Shown: in pieces, positions 50,679-60,308 of the stretch
Position numbering within the stretch: the first letter of the stretch is position 1
How the letters are laid out: every line of letters begins with the position of its first letter
Assembly: GCA_963790305.1 (NCBI GenBank)
Contig: CAWBOC010000009.1
Location: forward strand, 128,001 to 192,000
Length of the DNA: 64,000 nt
Source of the DNA: an uncultured Gemmatimonadaceae bacterium
GTDB lineage: Bacteria > Gemmatimonadota > Gemmatimonadetes > Gemmatimonadales > Gemmatimonadaceae
Direction of reading: 5' to 3'
Notes under the pieces: model-generated
The model's database searches: none
Seen by the model: the letters and a program-made list of their open reading frames with translations, nothing else
What the model was told of the DNA's origin: nothing
Program-made: the position numbers and the translations under genes

Positions 50679-51731
50679 TGCTCGTTGTGATGGAGCACGG
50701 GGCCACGCCCGAGCAGGTCGCGGGCGTCGTCAGGCTGATCGAGGAGCTCGGCTACCAGGCTCGCCCGATGCCTGGCTCCCAGCGCACGGCCATCGGGCTC
50801 GTCGGCAACGATGGGCGCGTCGAGGGATCGCGGTTCGAGACGCTGCCCGGCGTCGCGCAGGTCATTCACGTCACCAAGCCGTACAAGCAGGCCTCTCGCG
50901 AATGGCGTCCCGAGAACACCATCGTCACCATCGCGCCGGGCGTGCACGTCGGCGGCGACGATATCACACTCATTGCTGGACCGTGCTCGGTGGAGTCGGA
51001 GGAGCAGATCGTCGCCGCGGCGCGCGCCGTACGCGCGGCGGGAGCGTCATGTCTCCGCGGCGGGGCCTTCAAGCCGCGCAGCTCCCCGTACTCGTTTCAG
51101 GGACTTGGGAAGCGCGGCCTCGAGATGCTCGCGCTCGCGAAACGCGAGACCGGTCTCGCGATCGTCACCGAAGCGATGGATGACGAAGGCGCCGAGCTCG
51201 TCGCCGAGTACGCCGACTGCATCCAGATCGGCGCGCGCAACATGCAGAACTACTCGCTGCTGCGTACCGTCGGACGGTTAGGCAGGCCGGTGCTGCTCAA
51301 GCGGGGGCTGGCAGCGACGATCACCGATCTCCTCCTGAGCGCCGAGTACATCCTCAGCCGAAGGAAACGAGCAGGTCATCCTCTGCGAGCGCGGCGTGCG
51401 CAGCTTCGATACCGCCGCGCGGAACATGCTCGACCTGACCGCGATTCCCATCGTGCACAAGCTGTCGCACCTGCCGATTCTCGCCGATCCCAGCCACGGA
51501 ACGGGACTTCGGGACAAGGTCATTCCGATGGCGCGCGCCGCGGTCGCCGCGGGCGCGGATGGCATCCTCGTCGAGGTGCACCCGAACCCCGAGCGCGCGC
51601 TGTCCGACGGAGCGCAATCGCTCTTCCCGGAGCAGTTCGCGCAGCTGGTGGGGGAGCTTCGCGCGATCGCGACCGCCATTGGCCGCACCGTAACGCCAGT
51701 GCCCGGAACCTCTGCAGCCGGAGTGGCGTAG
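50678..51731 (+). CDS. aroF: DAHP synthase type I-beta with N-terminal regulatory domain (frameshift near 51358)
   Basis: [46 protein letters not shown] and EVHPNP in the next frame. Confidence 0.93.
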
Positions 51732-51738
51732 AACTACA

Positions 51739-51800
51739 ACGAGGAATGAGGCAACGACGAAGTTGTGATGTGGGTCCACTTCCTCGCTCCTCATTCACGT
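51739..51800. repeat. Degenerate heptamer (GAGGAAT-like) inverted element
   Basis: acgaggaatgaggcaacgacgaagt ... acttcctcgctcctcattcacgt. Confidence 0.55.
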
Positions 51801-51819
51801 TCCGGGAAACCTTCATACG

Positions 51820-52485
51820 ATGACTGCATCAATTCGAGCTGTTCTGTTCGCCGCAGCCCTCGTGGGGGCGCCCGTCGCTTCGGCGGGTGCGCAGTCGCCG
51901 GGCGCGACACTCGATCGCGCGGTGCGCGCGTACAAGAATGTGAAGACGGTCCGCGCGTCATTCACGCAGACGATCACCAACCCGCTCCTCGGCGCAACGG
52001 TCCGCTCGGCGGGCGAGCTCCTGCAGCGGCGTCCCAATCACGTGTCAGTGCGCTTCACGGACCCGGCGGGAGACCGCATCGTCGCCGACGGCGCGTGGGT
52101 GTGGTTCTACCTTCCGAGCAGCGTACCCGGTCAGGTCATTCGGCAACGCATCGCCAGCGGGGGCAGCGGATCGCCGGACCTCACCGCGCAGTTCCTCGAC
52201 ACCCCCGCGTCGCGATTCAACGTGACCGATCTCGGACGCGAGAAGGTGAATGGAAGGACCGCTCGCGTGCTCTCGCTGGTGCCGAAGGCAGGCGTGGACG
52301 CGGCATTTACGAAGGCCGTCGTCTGGGTAGACAGCGCCGACGCGCTCATCCGGCAATTCGAGCTCACCGAGCCGAGCGAGATCGTCAGGCGCGTGACGAT
52401 CACCAAACTGACGTTGAATCCCACGATCGCCGCCTCGACGTTTCGGTTTACGCCACCGTCGGGGACGAAGGTGATCGATCAGTAA
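51820..52485 (+). CDS. lolA: Outer-membrane lipoprotein carrier LolA family
   Basis: Signal peptide, ASFTQ, RP, IVADG..WFY, FRFTPP.GTKVID. Confidence 0.88.
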   Translation: MTASIRAVLFAAALVGAPVASAGAQSPGATLDRAVRAYKNVKTVRASFTQTITNPLLGATVRSAGELLQRRPNHVSVRFTDPAGDRIVADGAWVWFYLPSSVPGQVIRQRIASGGSGSPDLTAQFLDTPASRFNVTDLGREKVNGRTARVLSLVPKAGVDAAFTKAVVWVDSADALIRQFELTEPSEIVRRVTITKLTLNPTIAASTFRFTPPSGTKVIDQ

Positions 52486-53326
52486 CGCGTAGCAGGCGCT
52501 CGATCTCTTCGAGCCGGCCATCGCTGGACGTTCCACCTTCCCGGACCCAACGCAACGCCGCCCGCGAGAGCGCTCGATAGGCATCGAGCGTGTCCGGATG
52601 CGCGCGCAGCGCATCCAGGTGCCGCCCAATCGTATCCGCGTCGCCGCGAACGATTGGCCCGGTGAGCGCGCCCGCTCCGGCGCCGCCGCGGAGATTCTCT
52701 ACTGCCGAGGCGAAGAGGGGATGTAGCGCTCGCCGCGCGACGTCGGGTGCGATTCCCACGCCCCGTAGCAGCTCCTCCGCCAGGCACATGAGCACCGTTG
52801 GAAAGTTCGAGGCGAAGACGGCGGCCGCGTGGTAGCGAGCCTTCTCGCCGGGCGGGATGTACAGCACGTTCGCGGCGACCGCCGCGGCGAGCCGCTCCGA
52901 GAGCTTCCGTGCCTCCGCATCGCCGTCAATGCCGATCCAGGCGCCGCGGAGCGTCTGAGGGGCGTGCTCGGGATCGGAGAGCGCGACGAGCGGGTGGAAG
53001 GTGCCACACGGGTGACCAGCGCGGCGTAGCGCGCCGAGGCCGGAGGGATCGGCGCTTCCGCTCGCATGGAGCACGACCGCACCCGGCGCGATCGCGGCGG
53101 TGGTCAGCGTCTCGAGGGCACTCTCGAGCTGCGCGTCACGGACCGTCACCAGCACGCACGTAGCGGAGCCTAACGATTCCGGCGGTGTGCCGGCGGTGAT
53201 CCCCTCAGCGGCGCTGGCGTGCCTGCCGTGGAGCCCGGCGACTTGCACCCCCCCGGCGCGAAGGGCGCGCGCGAGACTGCGGCCCGCCCGGCCGGCGCCG
53301 AGGATGAACACCCGGTCGCCGGTCAT
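52448..53326 (-). CDS. Rossmann-like + DUF2520 oxidoreductase (PanG-like)
   Basis: ILGAGRAG, LHASG, FHPL, YHAAAVFASN, LTGPIVRGD. Confidence 0.88.
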   Translation of the reverse strand: MTGDRVFILGAGRAGRSLARALRAGGVQVAGLHGRHASAAEGITAGTPPESLGSATCVLVTVRDAQLESALETLTTAAIAPGAVVLHASGSADPSGLGALRRAGHPCGTFHPLVALSDPEHAPQTLRGAWIGIDGDAEARKLSERLAAAVAANVLYIPPGEKARYHAAAVFASNFPTVLMCLAEELLRGVGIAPDVARRALHPLFASAVENLRGGAGAGALTGPIVRGDADTIGRHLDALRAHPDTLDAYRALSRAALRWVREGGTSSDGRLEEIERLLRVTDRSPSSPTVA

Positions 53327-54960
53327 GACGCGCCGGGCAGATCCTCCTGCTTGGCCGCCCGCTTGGCCGCAGCGCGGTCGAGGACCGTGCGCTGCGTGAC
53401 GTCACCGGCCAGGAGCTCGCGGGCCGTGATCACGACACGATCCTCCTCGAGCCGCCGCCTGAGCTCCGCCTGGACGCCGAAAACGTAGCGCGCGATCTCA
53501 TAGGTGAGGAGTCGCGTGACGAAGGGGCCAGCCGCCTCCCAGTCCTCGCGCGCGATCGCGATGCCGCGACGTTCCAGCAGCTGCCTGAACGCTTCAAGAA
53601 ACTCCGGCGTGACCCGGAAGTCTGGCGATGTCACCGTGCGCGACGTCTTGAGCGACAGAGCATACGCCGTGAGGGCGTCGCGGAATCGGCCGACTTGATC
53701 ACCGAGGGCACGCTGTAGCGCGAGCTCATGGTCCGCGGGATCATCGGAAATGAACAGATCGGGGGTGATCCCGCCGCCTCCGTAAATGACCCGGCCACCG
53801 TCAGTCCGATAGGCCGCGCGCTCCGTCAGCGGTATTTCGCCCGCCACGGTGGGCGAGGCCGGCTCCTCCGGCCCTTCCTCGGCATCCTCCTCGTCGGAGG
53901 CGCGGGGCTTTTGGATGCTGCGGCCCACCGGGGTGAACCAGCGGGCCGTGGTGAGCTTCAGCGCGCCACCATCGGGCATGGCGAATACCGACTGGGCGCT
54001 GCCTTTGCCGAACGTGGTTTCGCCGAGGATGACCGCGCGATCGTGATCCTGGAGCGCACCGGCGACGATTTCCGAAGCGCTCGCGCTCCCCTCATCGACA
54101 AGGACAACGAGCGGGAGACTCGGCCAGGGCTGCTGCTCCTCGTCGGCAAAGTCGCGCGTCGCCCCGTATGCGCGCCCGCGCATCGAGACGATCTCCTGGC
54201 CCCGGTTCAAGAAGAGATCGGAGACCGCGACACCCTGCTCGAGCAACCCGCCGGGGTTCCGGCGCAAATCGAGAATGAGCGCGCGAAGTCCGCGCTTCCG
54301 CATGTTGTTGATCTCGCGCTCGAGCTCGCTGGCGGTCTGTTCGCTGAACACGTCAATGTCGAGATAGCCGACGTTGCCGGGCAGCAGATCGGTGCGGCGC
54401 ACCGCGTGCACCTGGATGTCGGCTCTCGTGAGGCGGAACGGCAGCCGCGCCTCGAGACCGGGACGCTCGACCATGATGTTGACGCGCGAGCCCTTCGGCC
54501 CGCGAAGCTCGCGTGTCGCCTCGTCGACCGACCACCCTTCCGTCGACCGCCCCTCCATCTCGACAATGCGATCGCCCGTCTGAATGCCAGCACGCTCGGC
54601 GGGCGAATCCGGGAGCGGTGAGACGACCGTGATCCACCCGTCCCGCACGTCGATCTGAACGCCCAGGCCGGCGTATCGGCCGCTCGTGTTCTCGTTGAGC
54701 CGGGCGAGGCGGTCGCCGGAGAGGAACACCGTGTATGGGTCGTGCAACTCGCGCAGCATCCCTTGCAGCGCTTCGCGGTAAATGCTGTCCTGCGGAAGCG
54801 AATCGACGTACCGGTCGGTCACGTGCGAAACGACCTGATCGAAGAGGCGCGCCCCGTTGACGGTGCTCGCACTGCCACCGAGCCCGCGCTGAAGGAACCA
54901 TCCGCCGGTGACGAGCGCACCCGCCATCGTGGCGAGCGCAACGAACGCACGATACCGCAT
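53323..54960 (-). CDS. ctpA: S41 carboxy-terminal processing protease with PDZ domain
   Basis: DPYT, GLGVQI, DLRRNPGGLL, SASASE, FGKGSAQ. Confidence 0.93.
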   Translation of the reverse strand: MRYRAFVALATMAGALVTGGWFLQRGLGGSASTVNGARLFDQVVSHVTDRYVDSLPQDSIYREALQGMLRELHDPYTVFLSGDRLARLNENTSGRYAGLGVQIDVRDGWITVVSPLPDSPAERAGIQTGDRIVEMEGRSTEGWSVDEATRELRGPKGSRVNIMVERPGLEARLPFRLTRADIQVHAVRRTDLLPGNVGYLDIDVFSEQTASELEREINNMRKRGLRALILDLRRNPGGLLEQGVAVSDLFLNRGQEIVSMRGRAYGATRDFADEEQQPWPSLPLVVLVDEGSASASEIVAGALQDHDRAVILGETTFGKGSAQSVFAMPDGGALKLTTARWFTPVGRSIQKPRASDEEDAEEGPEEPASPTVAGEIPLTERAAYRTDGGRVIYGGGGITPDLFISDDPADHELALQRALGDQVGRFRDALTAYALSLKTSRTVTSPDFRVTPEFLEAFRQLLERRGIAIAREDWEAAGPFVTRLLTYEIARYVFGVQAELRRRLEEDRVVITARELLAGDVTQRTVLDRAAAKRAAKQEDLPGAS

Positions 54961-54985
54961 GCGCACCTCTGAAGGGGTCATTGCA

Positions 54986-55669
54986 TCACTGCTGGTGAAA
55001 CCCTGACGAGACCGCGAAAGTTTCGGGCCACGCATTGCTGAGCGCGGCTACGACACGGCTCAACACCTCATCTTCAGTGCCAGCGCCGTCAATGCCAACG
55101 ATCGGTCCCGCTTCGGGGTGGCTCGCCTGCCAGGCGGGATCGAGAAATCGTTCGAATGCCGCGTCGACGCGGTCGTGGAACTGGTCGCCGGCCCGCTCGA
55201 TTTTGTCGTGGCCCCCACGGCGATCGAGCCGAGCGCGGCGCTCCGCCGCGGACAGCGTCAGCACGATCGTGAGATCAGGGACCAGCCCCTGCGTCGCGAG
55301 CGCGTTCGCTCGGGCCACGAGCTCCGCGTCCAACCCACGTCCAGCGACCTGGTACGCATACGTCGAAAGGAAAAAACGATCGAGAACCACCGCCCGTCCC
55401 TCGTGCAGCGCCGGCTTGATCACACGATCAACGAGCTCGGCCCGCGACGCCATGAACAGAAGTGCCTCTGCCGCCGCGGTGAGCTGATACGGAACATGCA
55501 GCACCATCTCCCGAATCTTCTCTCCGGCGTCGGTCCCGCCGGGCTCGCGGAGGAGCATCGCGTCGACACCGCGGTCGGCGAGCCACTGGAGGACGCGCGG
55601 AGCTTGCGTCGATTTCCCCGCGCTCTCCTGCCCTTCGAGCACGATCAACCGGCCGCGCGACGGGCTCAT
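54986..55669 (-). CDS. tmk: Thymidylate kinase
   Basis: LEGQESAGKSTQ, REPGGT, DRFFLSTYAYQ, PDLT. Confidence 0.95.
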   Translation of the reverse strand: MSPSRGRLIVLEGQESAGKSTQAPRVLQWLADRGVDAMLLREPGGTDAGEKIREMVLHVPYQLTAAAEALLFMASRAELVDRVIKPALHEGRAVVLDRFFLSTYAYQVAGRGLDAELVARANALATQGLVPDLTIVLTLSAAERRARLDRRGGHDKIERAGDQFHDRVDAAFERFLDPAWQASHPEAGPIVGIDGAGTEDEVLSRVVAALSNAWPETFAVSSGFHQQ

Positions 55670-56019
55670 CCGAGGGTAATGATCGGACTCTGCGCGCCCT
55701 TTTTGATCCCGTCGAGTATCCATTCGTTCGCGCGCATCATGAGCTTGTCGAAGTTCTCCTGCGCGACGGCGACTCCCTGATACACCCGGTGGCTCTGCAC
55801 CTTGCCCAGCAGCTCATCGAGCTTCCGTTCCATCTCCTCCGTGGGCTGCTCACCGCGCGCAATCATGGACTGTGCGTCCTCGCGGAGCTTCTCGAGCTCG
55901 CGCAAGAGCGCCACGGCCTCCCGGTCGGCGGAGAGCTCGTCGTTGGCGCGCTTTACCGCTTTGTATTCCGGGCTCTGCCCGATCAGGCGGCCGAGCTCTT
56001 TTGCTTTGTCTTCGAGCAT
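55666..56019 (-). CDS. YlbF/YheA/RicA-like (Com_YlbF) helical protein
   Basis: DKAKELGRLIGQSPEY start and helical pattern; 117 aa. Confidence 0.7.
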   Translation of the reverse strand: MLEDKAKELGRLIGQSPEYKAVKRANDELSADREAVALLRELEKLREDAQSMIARGEQPTEEMERKLDELLGKVQSHRVYQGVAVAQENFDKLMMRANEWILDGIKKGAQSPIITLG

Positions 56020-56042
56020 CTAGGACCTCAAAGTGATAGACC

Positions 56043-56933
56043 TCATCGCCGGATTGCCAGCAAGACTCTCTCTCTTCCCGCCAAATCCCGTTCGACGCTC
56101 ACGTCGCGGTATCGACCGTCACTCATCGCAATCTCCGCCGCCAGTGAGGCGCGGCGCGTGTCGATCTCCAGGGCGAGGAGACCATCGGGCTCGAGTACGT
56201 CCGCGCCTTCGCGAATGATGGTCGTGATCGCGGCCATGCCGTTCCGGGCCGCAAAGAGCGCGACCGGGGGCTCCCAATCACGAACGCTTGCCGGCAGCGC
56301 GGCCGCCTCATTGTATGTGATGTACGGCGGATTCGACGCGAGCACCGATGCGCGCTCACCCCGGACCGGAGCGAGCAGCGACCCCTGTCGCAGGTCCACC
56401 GTGGCGCGCAGCGACTGCGAGAGCCGCGCCACGTTCGCGCGCGCACACTCGAGCGCCTCGCGGGAGACATCGGTGGCGATCACGTGGCTGTACCGCCCCT
56501 CGGTGGCGAGCGCGAGTGCGATAGCGCCCGAGCCAGTGCCAACGTCGATCGCGACGCCGTCGGGGGCACGGGCGAGAATGCACTCCACGAGGATCTCGGT
56601 CTCCTGACGAGGAATCAGCACTCGCTCGTCCACGTCGAGGGTGAGATGCCGGAACGCGGCACGACCCACGGCATACGCGAACGGCGCACCGCTCGCCCGC
56701 CGCCGTGCCGCTTCCCAGGCGCGGGAGCACAGGTCGATGGTCAGCGTCTCATCGCGATGCATGGCCGGCCAGAACCGTGGCATGTCGACGATCGCCGCGA
56801 CGATGTCACGCGCCTCCTGGGCCGCGTCCGGGATTCGGGCGCCCATTAGATGAGCGGACAGCGCGGCGACGATGTCCCCGACACGCGCAGGCGCAGCCGT
56901 GCCTAACGTCGGAAACACGAGGACGTCAGCCAT
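56043..56933 (-). CDS. prmC: Release factor glutamine methyltransferase
   Basis: [23 protein letters not shown]; follows prfA. Confidence 0.95.
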   Translation of the reverse strand: MADVLVFPTLGTAAPARVGDIVAALSAHLMGARIPDAAQEARDIVAAIVDMPRFWPAMHRDETLTIDLCSRAWEAARRRASGAPFAYAVGRAAFRHLTLDVDERVLIPRQETEILVECILARAPDGVAIDVGTGSGAIALALATEGRYSHVIATDVSREALECARANVARLSQSLRATVDLRQGSLLAPVRGERASVLASNPPYITYNEAAALPASVRDWEPPVALFAARNGMAAITTIIREGADVLEPDGLLALEIDTRRASLAAEIAMSDGRYRDVSVERDLAGRERVLLAIRR

Positions 56934-57990
56934 TGAGCCGCTCCTCGATGTCCGCCTGACGCAGCGCCTCGATGAGCGGAGCGATCTCCCCCTCGAGGAT
57001 CCGCGACAGCTCGTGCATCGTCAGGCCAATGCGATGGTCGGTCACGCGATTCTGGGGGAAATTGTACGTGCGAATCTTCGCCGAGCGATCACCGGTGCCG
57101 ACCTGCGTCTTGCGCATGCGGGAGCGTTCGGCCTCCTGCTCCGCCACCTTGAGGTCCAGGAGGCGTGCTCGCAATACCTCCATGGCGCGAGCGCGGTTCT
57201 GAATTTGTGAGCGTTGGTCCTGCTGGCTCACGACGATGCCGGAGGGAAGGTGTGTGATGCGCACCGCCGAGTCGGTGGTGTTGACCCCCTGGCCGCCCGG
57301 CCCCGAGGCGCGAAACACGTCGACGCGAAGATCCTTCTCCTCGATCTTCACGTCGACCTCTTCCGCCTCAGGCAGCACCGCGACCGTCGCCGCCGAGGTG
57401 TGAATGCGCCCCTGGTTCTCGGTGGCAGGCACGCGCTGCACACGGTGCACTCCGGATTCCCACCGCATGGCTCCGAACGCATCGTCCCCGTGCACCTTGA
57501 AGATGACCTCTTTCAGGCCGCCCAAGGTACCTTCGGACATGGAGATCGTCTCCCACTTCCATCCCTGCCGCTCGATGAACCGCGTGTACATGCGGTGCAG
57601 GTCGAAGGCGAAGAGGGCGGCCTCGTCGCCGCCCGTGCCAGCGCGAATCTCGACGATGGCGTCGCGCTCGTCGAGGGGATCACGCGGGATGAGGAGCGGC
57701 GTGAGCGCGCTCTCGATGCGCGCGATCTCGGCGCGCAGTCGCTCCTCTTCGGCGCGCGCTTCCGCGGCCATTTCGGGATCATCAACGCCAACGAGCTCGC
57801 GCACCTGCGCGAGCTCGCTCTCGGACCGCTCGAGGCGGGAGGCCAATTCCTTGACCGGTGCGAGCCGGCTATGCTCCCGTCCCAACTCCGCGAGCCGGCG
57901 CGAATCTCGCGCGGTGGCGGGATCGGACAACTCGCGCTCGATCTCCGCCGCACGCGTGATCGCGTCGGCGAGACGATCGCGAATGCTCAG
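56926..57990 (-). CDS. prfA: Peptide chain release factor 1 (non-canonical CTG or ATT start)
   Basis: [16 protein letters not shown] (PxT), [11 protein letters not shown]; the frame extends 20 codons above the track's TTG. Confidence 0.95.
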   Translation of the reverse strand: MSIRDRLADAITRAAEIERELSDPATARDSRRLAELGREHSRLAPVKELASRLERSESELAQVRELVGVDDPEMAAEARAEEERLRAEIARIESALTPLLIPRDPLDERDAIVEIRAGTGGDEAALFAFDLHRMYTRFIERQGWKWETISMSEGTLGGLKEVIFKVHGDDAFGAMRWESGVHRVQRVPATENQGRIHTSAATVAVLPEAEEVDVKIEEKDLRVDVFRASGPGGQGVNTTDSAVRITHLPSGIVVSQQDQRSQIQNRARAMEVLRARLLDLKVAEQEAERSRMRKTQVGTGDRSAKIRTYNFPQNRVTDHRIGLTMHELSRILEGEIAPLIEALRQADIEERLNG

Positions 57991-58190
57991 CGTTCTTTAC
58001 CGTACTTCTGGCGGAAGCGCTCCACGCGGCCGGCCGTATCGACCAGCTTCTGCTTCCCGGTATAGAACGGGTGGCAGTTCGAGCAGATGTCGGTGTGGAT
58101 CTCGTCCTGGGTCGATCGCGTGACGAACGTATTGCCGCAGGCGCACTTGACCGTGGCGGTCGCGTACGTGGGGTGGATTTCGGTCTTCAC
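57987..58190 (-). CDS. rpmE: 50S ribosomal protein L31 (Zn-binding form)
   Basis: [27 protein letters not shown] start. Confidence 0.97.
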   Translation of the reverse strand: MKTEIHPTYATATVKCACGNTFVTRSTQDEIHTDICSNCHPFYTGKQKLVDTAGRVERFRQKYGKER

Positions 58191-58273
58191 AAGTGCCTCT
58201 CGTGACAAAGATGGTAGCAGTGCAATATATCCTGGACGGCCCGTAAAAGACAAGGCGACAATGGCTTGTGCGT

Positions 58274-58302
58274 TTGACAGACGTTCGTGCGCGGGATAAG
58301 TT
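58274..58302 (+). promoter_or_regulatory. Sigma70 promoter of the Crp-family gene
   Basis: TTGACA-17 bp-TAAGTT. Confidence 0.65.
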
Positions 58303-58339
58303 GCCGCGGCGGTCTCACCCTCGGAACGGCGTGTTCGCA

Positions 58340-59014
58340 ATGGAAATCGTAGAGTTTCTCGCAACCGTCCCGCTTCTCTCCGGCATTGGCCGCGATGAGC
58401 TCGAGCGATTCGCGGAAGTCACTCGGGAGCGCGACTACCCGAAGGGCAGCGTCATCGTGTTCGAGGACGATCCGGGCGATTCGCTGTTCATCGTGCGGGA
58501 CGGGCGCGTGAAGGTCGTACTGGTGGGTGAGGACGGACGCGAGGTCATCCTGAGCGTGCTCGGCGTGGGCGAGCACTTCGGCGAGCTGTCCCTCATCGAC
58601 GGTCAGCCGCGCTCCGCTCACGTGATCGCGATGGATGACGCGAAGCTCCTCATTCTGCGACGCGACGACTTCCGGCGCCGGGTGGCGGAGTCTCCCGCCG
58701 TTGCGTGGGCGATGCTCGTCGAGTTGTCGCGACGCCTTCGTCGCGCCGACGAGCAGATCGGCAGCCTCGTGCTGCTCGACGTGCATGGCCGCATCGCGCG
58801 CCTCCTGCTCGACGCGGCCGATGAAGGCGCCAACCCAACGATCACGAAACCGCTCACACATCAGACGATCGCGCAAATGATTGGCGCCAGTCGCGAGACG
58901 GTATCGCGCGCCATGCGCGAGTTTCAGGATCGCGGGCTCATCAGCGTAGAGCGTCGCCAGATCACGATCGCGGATCGTGGCCAGCTCGAGCAGATGGCGC
59001 ACGTGAGAGTCTGA
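58340..59014 (+). CDS. Crp/Fnr family regulator, cNMP-binding type
   Basis: FGELSL..PRSA pocket; [22 protein letters not shown]. Confidence 0.93.
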   Translation: MEIVEFLATVPLLSGIGRDELERFAEVTRERDYPKGSVIVFEDDPGDSLFIVRDGRVKVVLVGEDGREVILSVLGVGEHFGELSLIDGQPRSAHVIAMDDAKLLILRRDDFRRRVAESPAVAWAMLVELSRRLRRADEQIGSLVLLDVHGRIARLLLDAADEGANPTITKPLTHQTIAQMIGASRETVSRAMREFQDRGLISVERRQITIADRGQLEQMAHVRV

Positions 59015-59018
59015 TTTC

Positions 59019-59140
59019 GGGGTCAGGAGTCAGGAGTCAGCGATCAGGGGTGTCAGGGTGAAGGTTCGAGGGACGGAAGGCGCGATTCCTGAAACCGATT
59101 CCTGACACCCCCTGATCCCAGACTCCTGACTCCTGACCCC
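59019..59140. repeat. About 120-bp heptamer-armed element (copy 2)
   Basis: Starts 4 nt after the Crp stop; arms and core match 30689-30808. Confidence 0.88.
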
Positions 59141-59153
59141 ACTTACTAGGCGC

Positions 59154-59169
59154 CGTGACGACTGTCACC
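59154..59169 (+). promoter_or_regulatory. Candidate CRP-type binding site
   Basis: CGTGA-N6-TCACC, 40 nt upstream of the MBL start codon. Confidence 0.45.
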
Positions 59170-59209
59170 GCCCGACCCTCGCGACGACCGCGATCTTTCC
59201 TTCACCAAA

Positions 59210-60079
59210 ATGCTCCGCCTTCACTTCTGGGGTACGCGCGGGTCCATCCCTAGCCCGGGCTCACAGACCGTGCGCTATGGGGGGAACACGCCGTGCCTCG
59301 AGGTGCGCACGAGCGACGGGTGGCTGATCATCCTCGACGCTGGCACGGGGATTCGAGAGCTCGGCCGCTCCCTGATCGGACGGGCGAATGGGGCACCGAT
59401 TCAGGGGGACATTTTCCTCTCGCACGGCCACTGGGATCACATTCAGGGCCTGCCCTTCTTCGCTCCCATCTTCCAGCGCGGCAACCACTTCACCATTTGG
59501 GGCGCTCAGACCACCGAGGCCCGGGTCGAGCGGATCGTGCGGGACCAGATGTCCCCGGTGGTCTTTCCCGTGTCGTTCGAGGAGATCGAGGCGAGTATCG
59601 ACTTTCGTTCGGTATTGGGGGACAAGCTGGAAGGCCGCGGCTATACCGTGAGCGCGACGGAGGTGCGACACCCCGGCGGCGCCATGGGATATCGCTTCGC
59701 GGATGGAAACGGGCGTGGGCCTGCGCTCGTCTACATCTCGGACAACGAGCTGGGAGCGACGGAGAAGTACGATTCTCCGAACGATTGGCGTGACGATCTC
59801 GTGCGCTTCGTGCGCGACGCCGGCGTGCTCGTGCACGATGCGATGTACACACGCGAGGAGTACGACCATCATCGCGGCTGGGGCCACTCGACGTATCACG
59901 ACGTGGTGGCGCTGGCCCTCGATGCGAACGTCGAGCGATTGGTGCTCTTTCACCATAAGCCTGAGCGCTCGGACGATGAGGTCGATCAACGCGTGGACGA
60001 GTGCAAGGCGCTGGTGCGCGAGCGAGGCGGCACGACCGATGTGATCGCGGCCTCGGAGGGAATGACGCTGACCGTCTGA
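59210..60079 (+). CDS. MBL-fold metallohydrolase, probable cyclic-nucleotide phosphodiesterase
   Basis: WGTRGSIP, YGGNTPC, DAGTG, SHGHWDHIQG, GWGHS, FHH.P. Confidence 0.85.
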   Translation: MLRLHFWGTRGSIPSPGSQTVRYGGNTPCLEVRTSDGWLIILDAGTGIRELGRSLIGRANGAPIQGDIFLSHGHWDHIQGLPFFAPIFQRGNHFTIWGAQTTEARVERIVRDQMSPVVFPVSFEEIEASIDFRSVLGDKLEGRGYTVSATEVRHPGGAMGYRFADGNGRGPALVYISDNELGATEKYDSPNDWRDDLVRFVRDAGVLVHDAMYTREEYDHHRGWGHSTYHDVVALALDANVERLVLFHHKPERSDDEVDQRVDECKALVRERGGTTDVIAASEGMTLTV

Positions 60080-60308
60080 GGGCCGGACGCATGACGAGAC
60101 CAGAACCGCGGATCGCGATCTGAAGCCCCTGCTCATCGCGGCGCTCGGCCGAGCGATTCCGCATCTGCCCTCGGGACGTTCCGGGGACGACCTCGAGATT
60201 CGACGCGTTCCCTCCTTTCCCGCCGCGGCGGCACTGGATGCCTCGCGTCCCACCGTCGTCCTGGTCGACCGCGCGCTCCTCCACACGCTCGACGGCGACC
60301 TGAGACCG

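Noticed and set aside
12660..51731. Calling the frameshifted genes pseudogenes or programmed frameshifts
   Set aside because: No decay, no consistent slippery motif, and core genes are affected; sequencing error is the simpler explanation.
364..59140. CRISPR array interpretation of the short repeats
   Set aside because: Units are 7-9 nt, tandem and inverted, with no unique spacers and no cas genes.
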